From assembly GCA_965261005.1 (NCBI GenBank), contig OZ253375.1:576001-640000 (forward strand): a DNA stretch of 64,000 bases. Reading direction: 5' to 3'. Numbering within the stretch: the first letter of the stretch is position 1; every line of letters starts with the position of its first letter. The notes under the pieces were generated by a model. That model was not told the origin of the DNA. It ran no database searches and saw nothing but the letters and a program-made list of their open reading frames with translations. The translations under genes and the position numbers were made by a program. Of this stretch, positions 54,581-64,000 are shown in pieces. Origin of the DNA: Deinococcus sp. GTDB taxonomy: Bacteria; Deinococcota; Deinococci; Deinococcales; Deinococcaceae.

Positions 54581-55900
54581 TTATTTTTCTTGCTCCACCG
54601 GCTCCAAGTCGAAGCGCCACTCGAACGAGCGGTTCCACGGCAGCGAGGCGCCCTCCAGCAGGTAGACGTTGCCCAGGCGCAGCGGGAAGTAGCGCTGGGC
54701 AAGCGCCGTCAGGGTCTGGTCGGCTTGGGGCGTGCTGAGCGCCCCTTCCGGCAGGACTTGGCGCAGCTGCGGGCGAACTTTGACGCTGAAGATCACGTCG
54801 TTGGCGTACTCGCGGGCGAGTAAGGCGTCCTGCGCGCCGGGGCTGCTCGCGCGCAGCGCGACCGCCGCGTGCGCCAGCGCCGTGCCGATGTTGTTGCCGG
54901 GGGTGCCCCAAGCGGCCAGCGCGGCGAGGTCCTGCGGGCGGTCCAGGGTGCTCAAATCGGTCCAAAGGGGATCATTCCCCTGGTTGACGCTGCGCACGTC
55001 GGCCAGGGCCACCCGGCCGGCGCGCAGCAATTGCGACGCCCGCAGCGCCGCCGCCCTGGGGTCGCCGCCGTTGTAGACGTACAGATAGAGGTCATTCGGC
55101 CCCAGCGGGCGGGTGCCCGCGCCGCCAAACGGGGTCAGGATTGGGGCGCCCTCCACCGGCACCACCGTCCAGCCGGCCGCCCCCGCGTGTAGGCGCACGC
55201 TGTCGGTCAGGGGGACGCCCTCGTAGTTGGCGACCTTCTGCGCCGCCACGGGGTCGCTGAACTCGACGGCCAGCGCGCGCGCCTCCGGCGCCAGCGCCAG
55301 CGCCACCAGCGAAGAGAGCACCTCGTCGGCGCCGGGGTATACCATCACGTTGGCGGGCGCCCCTTCGCGCAGCTTGGCCCCCTCCTGCGGGGCGGGGGAT
55401 CCCTTTTTGGCATCGTCCCAGGTGACGTGCAGCTCGGCGAAGACCCCGTCGCGCGCCCACTGAACCATTGCCTGAGCCACCGCGAAGTTGCGCACCCTAT
55501 CTCGCGCGTCCGGCTCACGCGGCAAGGTGATAAAGGCGTAGACCGGCCGCCCGGTGCGCGCCGTCCATTCCCGCACCGGCTCCAAGCGGGCCAGCACCTG
55601 CTCAATACTCAGGTCGCTTGTGCGCGACTGCACCAAGCCGCCGTATCCCAGGGCGTCGAGGGCCACGATCAGCGGGCCGGGGGGTTGCTTGTTCAGCCAA
55701 CCCGTCAGCTGCTCCGGGTCGGCGCCCCGCGCGGCGTCACCCAGCAAATCGGGCGGCGGCACGCTGACCGTTTCGCCCGACAGGGCCGCGATCCGGGCGG
55801 GCAATTCGGAGGTGGTCGGGCGCGAGTCGAGGGGCAGCAGCACCACCTGGGCGGAGGCGCAGCAAACGCAGGCACAGAGCAGGAAGAGGAGGCGTCGCAT
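54581..55900 (-). CDS. Secreted DUF4127 family protein
   Basis: Signal peptide; [38 protein letters not shown]. Confidence 0.78.
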   Translation of the reverse strand: MRRLLFLLCACVCCASAQVVLLPLDSRPTTSELPARIAALSGETVSVPPPDLLGDAARGADPEQLTGWLNKQPPGPLIVALDALGYGGLVQSRTSDLSIEQVLARLEPVREWTARTGRPVYAFITLPREPDARDRVRNFAVAQAMVQWARDGVFAELHVTWDDAKKGSPAPQEGAKLREGAPANVMVYPGADEVLSSLVALALAPEARALAVEFSDPVAAQKVANYEGVPLTDSVRLHAGAAGWTVVPVEGAPILTPFGGAGTRPLGPNDLYLYVYNGGDPRAAALRASQLLRAGRVALADVRSVNQGNDPLWTDLSTLDRPQDLAALAAWGTPGNNIGTALAHAAVALRASSPGAQDALLAREYANDVIFSVKVRPQLRQVLPEGALSTPQADQTLTALAQRYFPLRLGNVYLLEGASLPWNRSFEWRFDLEPVEQEK

Positions 55901-55984
55901 CCAAAAAAGTCTAGCGGGGCATCTTGAGGGGCAATCATCAAAAACCCTCATAGCGCCGCCCCTTAAAGCGCCTAAGCTGACGGC

Positions 55985-57145
55985 GTGGCTTTTCGTGACT
56001 TGTGGCAGCTCGCGCTGCGCGGCCTGACCCGCCGGGCGGTGCGCACCCTTCTGACCGCCCTGGGCATCACGGTGGCGGTCGCCAGCATGGTCATCTTTCT
56101 GTCCCTGGGCGAGGGCATTCGCAAGGTGTTCGCGCAGCAGCTCGGCAGCATCGGGCCGGACATCCAGGTGTCCCTCAACGGTATAGACCAGGGGTTCGCG
56201 CCCACGCCCAACTTGCCGGAGAGCACCGTAGCCCAGGTACAGGCTTTGTCAGGGCAGCTCGGCATCAAGAGCGTCATTCCGGTGGTCATCAGCGTGCGCG
56301 GGGGACTCGACCCCAGTTCCAGCTACGTGCTGTACGGCTTACCGGCGGCGGGCGGCACACAAGAGGTTTTTCCGAACAGCGAAATTGGGACCGGGCGGCG
56401 GCTGACGGCGGCCGACGAGGGCGGCCCGGTCGCGGTGGTCGGCGCCAAGGCGGCCCAGAACGGCGGCCTCAAGGTCGGCAGCACCCTGCGCCTGACCCGG
56501 CGCGACAGCGTCAAGGTGGTCGGGGTCCTGAAAGAATCCGGCGGCCTGACCGACTCCTTTATTTTGTTGCCGGTGGGCACCTTGCAACGCGCCCTGAACG
56601 CCCAGAACCGCCTCTCCATCGTGGCGGTCAAGCTGAACAACCCCGCCGACGCGCGCGCAGCGGCCCAAGTGATCGGCGACAAGCTGGAATTGGAGGCGCA
56701 GACCCAGGCCGACTTTCTGAAGTTCCTCGACAAGGCCCTCAACATCTCCGACGCCATCCGCTTCGGCATCTCGCTGATCGCGTTGATCGTGGGCGGCCTG
56801 GCCGTCGCCAACACCGTCATGATGGGCGTCTTCGAGCGCACCAGGGAGTTCGGCACCCTGCGGGCCATCGGCGCGAGGCCCGCCTTCGTGCGCGCCCTGG
56901 TCTTGACCGAGAGCTTGCTGCTGTCGCTGCTGGGCGGCGTCGGCGGGGTGCTGCTGGGCCTGCTGGGGATTGTGGTCGTCAACTTCTACACCCAGCGCTT
57001 CGCCGGCGTGGACATGGCCGCCCTGACCCCCCGCCTGACCGCGCTGGCGCTGCTGATCTCGCTGCTGCTGGGCCTGCTGGCGGGCTTGCTGCCAGCCAGG
57101 TCGGCGGGGCGGGTGCGGATTACCGAGGCGTTGGGGCGGGTGTGA
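55985..57145 (+). CDS. ABC transporter permease (MacB/FtsX-like)
   Basis: [38 protein letters not shown]....I.EAL. Confidence 0.92.
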   Translation: MAFRDLWQLALRGLTRRAVRTLLTALGITVAVASMVIFLSLGEGIRKVFAQQLGSIGPDIQVSLNGIDQGFAPTPNLPESTVAQVQALSGQLGIKSVIPVVISVRGGLDPSSSYVLYGLPAAGGTQEVFPNSEIGTGRRLTAADEGGPVAVVGAKAAQNGGLKVGSTLRLTRRDSVKVVGVLKESGGLTDSFILLPVGTLQRALNAQNRLSIVAVKLNNPADARAAAQVIGDKLELEAQTQADFLKFLDKALNISDAIRFGISLIALIVGGLAVANTVMMGVFERTREFGTLRAIGARPAFVRALVLTESLLLSLLGGVGGVLLGLLGIVVVNFYTQRFAGVDMAALTPRLTALALLISLLLGLLAGLLPARSAGRVRITEALGRV

Positions 57146-57152
57146 AATCAGT

Positions 57153-58070
57153 TCAGCCGACTTCGAGGACGATCTTGCCCACGGTGCGGCCGGTCTCCAG
57201 GGCGCGGTGGGCGTCCGGGGCGCGTTCCAGCGGGAAGGTCTGGCTGACGTGCGGCCTCAGCTCGCCCGCCGCTATGCGCGCGGATAGAAATTCGAGGTCT
57301 GCGCGCGAGGGGTGGACCAGCACGCGCTCGGCCTGGACGCCGCGCCGCCGGGCCTCCTCGCTGGGGGGCTGCCCCACGATGGTCACCAGCACGCCGCCGG
57401 GCTTGAGCACCGCCAGCGAGCGGGTCTGGGTTTCACCGCCCACGGCGTCCAGCACCGCGTCCACGCCTGACACCTGCTGCTCGAAGGGGTGCGCGCGGTA
57501 GTCCACGAACTCGTCCGCGCCCAGGCCCAGCACGAAGTCCCGGTTGCCGGCCGAGGCCGTGCCGATCACCCGCGCGCCCCTGGCCTTGGCGAGCTGCACC
57601 GCGAAGTGCCCCACCCCGCCGGCGGCGGCGTGAATCAGCACGGTCTGGCCCCGTTCCAAATTCATCTTCTCAAACGCCTGGTGGGCGGTCAGGGCCGCCA
57701 AGGTCGTCGCTGCCGCGCCCGTGTGATTCAGGCCCTGCGGTTTGAGCGCGAGGTCGGAGGCCGGCGCGCTGACGTACTCGGCGTAGGCGCGGCCCTCCCC
57801 CGGAAAGCGAATCATCCCGTACACCTCGTCGCCCACCTTGAGATCGGTCACGTCCGGCCCGAGGGCGTCCACCACCCCGGAGACGTCCCAGCCGAGCACC
57901 ACCGGGAAGTCCCCAAATGGCCCGTTTTGGCGCCACTTGTAATCCACCGGGTTGACGCTCGCCGCCAGAAGCCGAATTCGCACCTCACCGCCGGCGGGCT
58001 GGGGCATCGGCAGGTCCTCAAGGGAGAGCACGTCGGGGCCGCCGTAGCGGTGGAGTGTCATGGCTTTCAT
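57153..58070 (-). CDS. NADP-dependent oxidoreductase (MDR/quinone oxidoreductase-like)
   Basis: YGGPDVL, SVNPVD, HAAAGGVG..AVQLAK, GKIVL. Confidence 0.92.
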   Translation of the reverse strand: MKAMTLHRYGGPDVLSLEDLPMPQPAGGEVRIRLLAASVNPVDYKWRQNGPFGDFPVVLGWDVSGVVDALGPDVTDLKVGDEVYGMIRFPGEGRAYAEYVSAPASDLALKPQGLNHTGAAATTLAALTAHQAFEKMNLERGQTVLIHAAAGGVGHFAVQLAKARGARVIGTASAGNRDFVLGLGADEFVDYRAHPFEQQVSGVDAVLDAVGGETQTRSLAVLKPGGVLVTIVGQPPSEEARRRGVQAERVLVHPSRADLEFLSARIAAGELRPHVSQTFPLERAPDAHRALETGRTVGKIVLEVG

Positions 58071-58169
58071 CAGGCCCGGAGTCTAGGCCGCCACATTCCC
58101 TTTCACAAGTACGCACATTTTGAATCTGTACGACCTTTTTTGATACTGGGGGGCCGCTACACTGCGCCC

Positions 58170-58544
58170 ATGACCCGAGCGAAGCGCCAGAACTGTGCCC
58201 ACGGCTGCGCGGTGACGACCACGGTGGATTTGATCGGCGGCAAGTGGAAAACGGTGGCCTTGTACCACTTGCTAGAGCAACCCAAGCGTTTCTCCGAGCT
58301 GCAACGCAAGCTGCCCGGCGTGACCCAGCGCATGCTCACCCTGCAACTGCGCGAGCTTGAGGCCGACGGCCTGATTCACCGCGAGGTCTATCCCCAGGTG
58401 CCGCCCAAGGTCGTGTACTCCGTCACCGAACTGGGGCGCAGCTTGGAGCCGATTGTGCGGGCCATGCTGACGTGGGGCGAGGCGTATCTGGCCCGGACAA
58501 CGGGGAAAAGAGAGGACGCGGAGGCCACCCAGCCACTCGCTTGA
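58170..58544 (+). CDS. HxlR/DUF24 family regulator
   Basis: C.V...DLIGGKWK, RFSEL, MLTLQLRELE, VPPKVVYS.T..G; divergent from the oxidoreductase. Confidence 0.93.
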   Translation: MTRAKRQNCAHGCAVTTTVDLIGGKWKTVALYHLLEQPKRFSELQRKLPGVTQRMLTLQLRELEADGLIHREVYPQVPPKVVYSVTELGRSLEPIVRAMLTWGEAYLARTTGKREDAEATQPLA

Positions 58545-58581
58545 AGCGTGAGTCATTTAGAGCGCCAGGTCGGCCGTGAGC

Positions 58582-58610
58582 AAGAACCTTCCATAAGTTT
58601 GAAGGTTTTT
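58582..58610 (+). terminator. Possible terminator after the HxlR gene
   Basis: AAGAACCTTC-N9-GAAGGTTTTT. Confidence 0.45.
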
Positions 58611-58679
58611 GTGCATTCACTCGGCACGACGCTCCTCGGCCTTCCTGCGGCCGGCGCCGGCAGCTGATAGCGTTTCCTC

Positions 58680-59351
58680 ATGCTCGAACTGCGCGACGTC
58701 ACCAAAACCTACCCCAGCGGCGAGGGCAGCGTCACGGCTCTGCATGGCGTCAGCCACAGCTTCGCCCCCGGCCTGACCGCCATCGTCGGGCCGTCGGGCA
58801 GCGGCAAGAGCACCCTGCTGAACCTGATGGCCGGCTTCGACGTGCCCAGCGCGGGCGAGGTGCTGATTGACGGCCGCAACATCGCCGGCATGAGCGAGGC
58901 GGGCCGGGCCGAGCTGCGGCTGGCGCGCTTCGGCTTCGTGTTCCAGAACTACAATTTGGTCGCCATCCTGAGCGCTCAGGAAAACGTGGAGTTTCCGCTG
59001 GCCTTGGCGCGGGTGCCCCGTCCCGAGCGGGCCAGGCGGGCGGCGGCGTTGCTGACAGAAGTCGGCCTCGGGGGACGCGCCGGCCATCTCCCTTCCCAGC
59101 TCTCGGGCGGCGAGCAGCAGCGCGTCGCCATCGCCCGCGCCCTGATCACGGACCCGCCCATTCTGCTGGCCGACGAGCCGACCGGCAACCTCGACAGCAA
59201 GACCGGCGCCCAGATTCTGGAGCTGCTGCTGGCGCCGGCGCGGGCGGGCAAAACGGTGGTCCTGATCACCCACGACGCCGAGGTGGCCGCCAGGGCGGGG
59301 CGGGTGCTGCACATCCGCGACGGGGTGCTGACGGAGCAGGTGCGGGGGTGA
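58680..59351 (+). CDS. ABC transporter ATP-binding protein (LolD/MacB-like)
   Basis: [39 protein letters not shown]. Confidence 0.95.
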   Translation: MLELRDVTKTYPSGEGSVTALHGVSHSFAPGLTAIVGPSGSGKSTLLNLMAGFDVPSAGEVLIDGRNIAGMSEAGRAELRLARFGFVFQNYNLVAILSAQENVEFPLALARVPRPERARRAAALLTEVGLGGRAGHLPSQLSGGEQQRVAIARALITDPPILLADEPTGNLDSKTGAQILELLLAPARAGKTVVLITHDAEVAARAGRVLHIRDGVLTEQVRG

Positions 59352-60292
59352 GCGACTGGCCGCGCGCAGGGATTGCTGCCTTGCTCAAACACGCTTTGCC
59401 CCAAGCACGCCTGCTTGACCTGGAACCGCTGGGCGGCGGCTACGCCAACACCGTGCTGCGCGCCCAGCTGAGCGGTCCCGTGTCCAGCGCCGTGGTGAGG
59501 CTGTGGCGGCGCGACCCGGCCAGCTGCGAAACCGAGCTGGGAGTGCTAGAGCGTGTGCGTCCGCTGTTACCGGTGCCCCGCGTGCTGGCCGCCGACCCTG
59601 GCGGCGAGCTGTGCGGCCTGCCCGCCGCCCTTCAGGAAGACGTGCCCGGCGTGCGCGCGGACTTGGCGCTGGCAGCGGCCACGCCGGCGGAAGCGCAGGA
59701 GATCGGCGCGCTGCTGGGCGGGGCGTTCGCTTCCCTGCGTGAGATCACCTTTGAGGACGCGGGCTTCTTCGAGGATCGGCAGCTGAGCGTCCGGCCGATG
59801 CCAATTGAGCCGGCCTCACAACAGCTGCTGGCATTTGCAGAACCCCCAATCTGGAGCGGCGCCGCCCGCGCGGCGCTGGGGGAAGCCGTTCAGCGGGGAT
59901 GGTGGGCCTTGATCGAGGAAAGCGCGCCCCTGCTGGACCGCCAGACGGGGTGGCCCGCGCTGGTCCACGCGGACGCCAACCCGAAGAATGTCTTGCTGCG
60001 GCGCTCAGAACGGGGCTGGGCGCTTGCGGCCGTGCTGGACTGGGAGTTTGCCTTTGCCGGCTCGAATCTGATGGACCTGGGCAACTTGCTACGCTTCGAG
60101 CCGCGCGGCGGTTCACCCTTCATGGAGGGCGTAGTCAGGGGCTGGGGTGAACCGCTTCCACCAGACGCGCTCAGCGTCGCCCGGACGCTGGACGTGTTCT
60201 CGCTGTGCGGCTTCGTGGCAAGTGATCAGAACGCCTTGCACGGGCAAGTCGTGGCGCTTGTTCGGCGTTGCGTGCGCGAGGGGCGGCTGTAA
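59348..60292 (+). CDS. Aminoglycoside phosphotransferase (APH)/choline kinase-fold protein
   Basis: [16 protein letters not shown] (Brenner-like), LDWEFA, DLG. Confidence 0.85.
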   Translation: MSDWPRAGIAALLKHALPQARLLDLEPLGGGYANTVLRAQLSGPVSSAVVRLWRRDPASCETELGVLERVRPLLPVPRVLAADPGGELCGLPAALQEDVPGVRADLALAAATPAEAQEIGALLGGAFASLREITFEDAGFFEDRQLSVRPMPIEPASQQLLAFAEPPIWSGAARAALGEAVQRGWWALIEESAPLLDRQTGWPALVHADANPKNVLLRRSERGWALAAVLDWEFAFAGSNLMDLGNLLRFEPRGGSPFMEGVVRGWGEPLPPDALSVARTLDVFSLCGFVASDQNALHGQVVALVRRCVREGRL

Positions 60293-60348
60293 GCGGAGCG
60301 GTCCTCACCACCTTTAGAACTGCTTGAGAAATACGCTATCTTGCCGCC

Positions 60349-62136
60349 GTGACTGACCAGCGCGACCCGGAGCAGACCCTGTCGCTCTCCCTGAGCGCCC
60401 AGCTTCAGGCGGCCAACGACGCCCTTACCGAGGCGCGGGCGCAGATCGAGGTGTTCGAGGCTTTTATCGCGTTGACGCAGGCGGCGGCGAGCACGGGCGA
60501 CCTGACCGTGCTGGCAGAGCGCGCCGAGGAGGTGTTGCGCGCCAGCATTCCCGGCCTGCTGGCCGCCTATTACGAGTTAGGGGACGACCGCTGGGTGGCG
60601 CAGGTCTCAACCGACGCCGTCCCGGACGCCCTGCTTCAGGTGATCCGGCAGGGCCTCTCTCAGGACACGCCCCCCTTCGCGCGGGCCGTGAGTGAGGGGG
60701 GGCCGGTCTTCTTCGAGCATTGGGACGCCGAGGAACAGCGCGTCCCCTTCACCGAGCTGTTCGACTCGGTCGCCCTCGCGCCGTTCTGCCGTGAGGGTCA
60801 GCCGGTCACCATGTTGACGGTGGGCTTCGGCGGCGGGGGGTGGACGCCGCAGCGGCGGCAGCTCTTCACCGCCGTTTATCAGGCCATGAACACCGCCCAG
60901 CAGCGGGCCACCCTGGACGAGCAGCGCGAGCGCCGCCAAGCGCTCGAAGCTTTTGTGACGCTGACCGAGGCCGTCGGCACCGAGACCGACCGCGTCCGCC
61001 TGGCCGAGCGGGCCAGGGACCTTCTCAAGGAGACTCAGCCCGAATGGTTGGTCACCTACTACGAGTTGCAGGGCGGTCTCTGGAGGGCGCTGGTGACCGA
61101 CGTGCCGGACCCGGAGCTGCGCGCCTCGCTGCTGGCCGGGTTGCCGCAGGGGACGCCCGGCTTCGCGGCGGCGATGCAAAGCGCTGGGCCGGTGTTCTTC
61201 GAGGACTGGAACGCGGGAGAGCAGCAGATCGAGTTGACGGAAGCTTACGGGGCCGCCGCCTTTTACCCGTACCTGCACGGGGGCGAGGCCCGCGCCATGT
61301 TCACGGTCGGCAGCCGTCAGCGCCGCCGCTGGTCCGCGACCGACCAGGCCGTGTTCGTCGCCGTCGGCCGCAGCCTCGCCCTCGCGCTTGACCGGGTTTG
61401 GAACGCCGCCGAGTTGGAGGGCAGCTACCTCTCGCTCAGCCGCAGCAACCGGGAATTGCAGTCCGCCAACGAGGAACTTGAAGCCTTTACTTACAGCGCG
61501 TCCCACGACTTGCGTACCCCCGTGCGGCACGTCCGCAGCTTCTCGGAGCTGGCCCGCAAGGCGCTCCGGGGAGGCGACCTCGACAAGGCCGCGCACCACA
61601 TGGAGGTGGTGGAAACGGCGGCGGGGCGTATGGGTTCCCTGATTGACGCGATGCTGGAATTGTCGCGCACCACCCGGCAAGTTCTGAAAAAAGAGGCCGT
61701 GGACCTGGGCCGCCTGTTCGAGCAGGCCCAGCAGGACGTGGAGGGCGACGCGCAGGGCCGGCACATCGAGTGGCAGGTCGGCCCCCTGCCCACCGTCCGG
61801 GGCGACCGCGCCACCCTGCAACAGGTGATGACCAACCTGATCAGCAACGCGGTCAAGTTCACCCGCACACGGGAGCACGCGGTAATCGAGGTCTTGGCGC
61901 AGGACCGACCCGACGAGTGGCTGACCCTGGTGCGCGACAACGGGGCGGGCTTCGATCCGGCGTACGGGGACAAGCTGTTCAAGGTCTTTCAACGCCTGCA
62001 CGCCCAAAAGGACTTCGAGGGCACCGGCGTGGGGCTGGCCACCGTCCGGCGCATTATTCTGCGCCACGGGGGCCGGGTCTTCGCCAGCGGCGAAAAGGGC
62101 CAGGGCGCCACCTTCGGCTTCTCGCTGCCCAAGTAG
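60349..62136 (+). CDS. Cytoplasmic sensor histidine kinase with two GAF-like repeats
   Basis: ELEAFTYSASHDLRTP, NLISNAVKF, DNGAGF, FQRLH, GTGVGLA; duplicated AF..LT.A / YYEL...W / GL...TP.FA / PVFFE.W blocks. Confidence 0.93.
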   Translation: MTDQRDPEQTLSLSLSAQLQAANDALTEARAQIEVFEAFIALTQAAASTGDLTVLAERAEEVLRASIPGLLAAYYELGDDRWVAQVSTDAVPDALLQVIRQGLSQDTPPFARAVSEGGPVFFEHWDAEEQRVPFTELFDSVALAPFCREGQPVTMLTVGFGGGGWTPQRRQLFTAVYQAMNTAQQRATLDEQRERRQALEAFVTLTEAVGTETDRVRLAERARDLLKETQPEWLVTYYELQGGLWRALVTDVPDPELRASLLAGLPQGTPGFAAAMQSAGPVFFEDWNAGEQQIELTEAYGAAAFYPYLHGGEARAMFTVGSRQRRRWSATDQAVFVAVGRSLALALDRVWNAAELEGSYLSLSRSNRELQSANEELEAFTYSASHDLRTPVRHVRSFSELARKALRGGDLDKAAHHMEVVETAAGRMGSLIDAMLELSRTTRQVLKKEAVDLGRLFEQAQQDVEGDAQGRHIEWQVGPLPTVRGDRATLQQVMTNLISNAVKFTRTREHAVIEVLAQDRPDEWLTLVRDNGAGFDPAYGDKLFKVFQRLHAQKDFEGTGVGLATVRRIILRHGGRVFASGEKGQGATFGFSLPK

Positions 62137-62190
62137 TGACAAGCCGGGCAATGTAGCCGGACTGCCGCCCTTTCATGCTCTACTCTTCCC

Positions 62191-63252
62191 ATGCAACCGC
62201 GCGCCCGCGCCCGCATTTCGGTGGACGCCCTGCGCCACAATCTTGAGGTGCTGTCCGAGCGCGCCGGCGCCCCCGTGCTGCTGCCGGTCAAGGCGGACGC
62301 CTACGGACACGGGGCGCCCCTGGTGGCGCGGGCCACAGCCGGACTGCCGCAGGTGTGGGGCTACGGGGTCGCCACGCCGGGCGAGGCGCTGGAACTCGCC
62401 TCCCTCAGCCTCGGTAAGCCGACGCTGCTGCTCACGCCCGCCGCCCCAGAGGAGTTAGCCGAGCTGGCGGGGTTGGGCGTGCGGGTGACGGTCTCGACGC
62501 TAGAAGAGGCCCGCGCCCTGCCAAAAGGCGCCCGCGCCCACCTCAAGATCAACACCGGCATGAACCGCCTGGGTGTGCGGCCGGAAGCGGCGCCCGGAGT
62601 CGCCCGCGAGCTGGAGAAAAAGGGCGTGCTGGAGGGCATCTTCACCCACTTCGCCAGCTCGGAGGGGCCGGACCTCGCGGGCGCGAGAGGGCAGCTCGAA
62701 ATCTTTCGGGCCGCTTCCGCCAAGCTCCCCCCCGCCCTGCGGCACGCCAGCAACTCGGGCGCGGTGTTTAACTTCGGCCCGGAGGCCGCCTTCGACCTGA
62801 TCCGCCCCGGCATCGCCGCCTACGGCTACGCGCCGGACGCGCATTTGCGCGGGCAGTTGCCGCTCAGGCCGGCGCTGCGCCTCGAAGCCCGCGTGAACCA
62901 TGTCCACACCGTCCCGGTTGGCGAGTCGGTCAGCTACGGCGCCTTGTGGACGGCGACCCAGGAGACCGAGGTCGCCGTGATTGGCATGGGCTACGCGGAC
63001 GGCTACCCCCGGCCCGCCACCGGGCGGGCACAGATCAGCGTGCGCGGCAAGCTCCGGCCGGTGCTGGGCAGAATTTGCATGGACCAAGTGATGCTGGACG
63101 TGACCGGGCTGGGCGTGCGGCCGGGCGAGTGGGTCGAGCTGCTGGGGCCGGGCGGTGTGGACGCGGACCGGGTCGCAGAATGGGCCGGCACCATTAGCTA
63201 CGAGGTGCTGACGGGGCTGGGCCGGCGGATAGAACGAACGCTGGCGCCCTAG
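62191..63252 (+). CDS. alr: Alanine racemase
   Basis: VKADAYGHG, HLKINTGMNRLG, SNSG, RPGI, GYADG, GRICMDQ, TISYE. Confidence 0.96.
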   Translation: MQPRARARISVDALRHNLEVLSERAGAPVLLPVKADAYGHGAPLVARATAGLPQVWGYGVATPGEALELASLSLGKPTLLLTPAAPEELAELAGLGVRVTVSTLEEARALPKGARAHLKINTGMNRLGVRPEAAPGVARELEKKGVLEGIFTHFASSEGPDLAGARGQLEIFRAASAKLPPALRHASNSGAVFNFGPEAAFDLIRPGIAAYGYAPDAHLRGQLPLRPALRLEARVNHVHTVPVGESVSYGALWTATQETEVAVIGMGYADGYPRPATGRAQISVRGKLRPVLGRICMDQVMLDVTGLGVRPGEWVELLGPGGVDADRVAEWAGTISYEVLTGLGRRIERTLAP

Positions 63253-63388
63253 AGCATTTGTCAATTCTATTGCGCGACTTCGGCTCCGCCTACGTCGCTC
63301 CATGCCATTGCCAAACGCTCTCCTGTTGCTACTCGTTCCACTCGGGAAGTATTGAGAAGAGCACTCAATACTTCTGACAAACGCTCTA
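63250..63388. mobile_element. MITE-like small non-coding repeat with terminal inverted repeats
   Basis: TAGAGCATTTGTCA ... TGACAAACGCTCTA (13/14 match), TA at both ends, low GC, internal 11-bp hairpin. Confidence 0.75.
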
Positions 63389-64000
63389 ATCTCTTTTCTG
63401 CGCCAGCCAGATGGTGTGGCGCGCCCCCTTGCCCTCGCGCGCACGCGCCGTCTCGATCTTCACCTGGAAGCCCGCCTTTTTCAGGCGCGCGGTAAACCCC
63501 GTGTCCGGCTCGACCGACCAGACGGCCAACATTCCGCCCGGCCGCAACGCTTTCAAAGTGGTCGCCAGGCCCGCCGCCGAGTAGAGCCGGTCGTTCTCGC
63601 GGCGGACCATGCCCTCGGGGCCGTTGTCCACGTCCAGCAGCACGGCGTCAAAGGTGCCCGCGCTGTTTTGCAAGAGTTCGGCCACGTCGCCGAGGTGAAC
63701 CTGAACTCGAGCGTCGCGCAGGGGATAACCGGCGCATTCACCCAGCGGCCCCCGGTTCCACTCCACGACCTCGGGCACCAACTCCGCCACCACGATTTCG
63801 GCGCCGGGGCCGGTGGCGCGCAACGTCGCCGCCAGCGTGAAGCCCATGCCGAGACCGCCGACCAGCACGCGGGACTGCGCTCTCCCGGCGATGGGGGCAC
63901 AGGCCAGCTCGGCCAGGGCTTCCTCGGAGGCGTGCCGGCGGCTGTTCATCAGCTCGCTGACGTAGCCAGAGATGCGAATGGAGAACTCGTCGCCGCGCCG
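63386..64000 (-). CDS. Spermidine synthase-like SAM-dependent methyltransferase; 5' end outside the window
   Basis: LMNSR.H.SE..LA, VLVGGLGMGFT, VAEL, DAVLLDVDNGP, LAVWS; frame open to the window edge. Confidence 0.85.
   Translation of the reverse strand, partial: RRGDEFSIRISGYVSELMNSRRHASEEALAELACAPIAGRAQSRVLVGGLGMGFTLAATLRATGPGAEIVVAELVPEVVEWNRGPLGECAGYPLRDARVQVHLGDVAELLQNSAGTFDAVLLDVDNGPEGMVRRENDRLYSAAGLATTLKALRPGGMLAVWSVEPDTGFTARLKKAGFQVKIETARAREGKGARHTIWLAQKRD

Overview
High-GC (roughly 70% by eye) bacterial chromosomal segment that looks like a member of the Deinococcales: DUF4384/PEGA envelope protein, recF-DUF721 pair, membrane-anchored YvcK next to a DOMON-like protein, and many apparently leaderless genes with TANNNT 5-7 nt before the start. 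It is mostly housekeeping (pgm, dnaX, hemL, trmL, ispF, nhaA, buk-ptb, htrA, tRNA nucleotidyltransferase, valS, recF, amt, alr), plus a galactoside-utilisation cluster (GH42, GH36, sugar ABC transporter, galT, galK, DeoR) and a vapBC-type toxin-antitoxin pair. No rRNA, tRNA, CRISPR array, integrase or transposase was seen. The most notable items are: a valine T-box whose first gene is a GNAT acetyltransferase ahead of valS; a degenerate M24-fold gene coupled between galT and galK; a uORF that duplicates the 5' end of dnaX; an orphan promoter-operator-terminator unit; a TetR operator triplet reaching hemL; amt coupled to a DUF4388-like gene; a probable ATC start codon; a MITE-like element supplying two stop codons; and an in-frame tandem repeat in recF. 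All family calls come from motifs read by eye. No database search was run.
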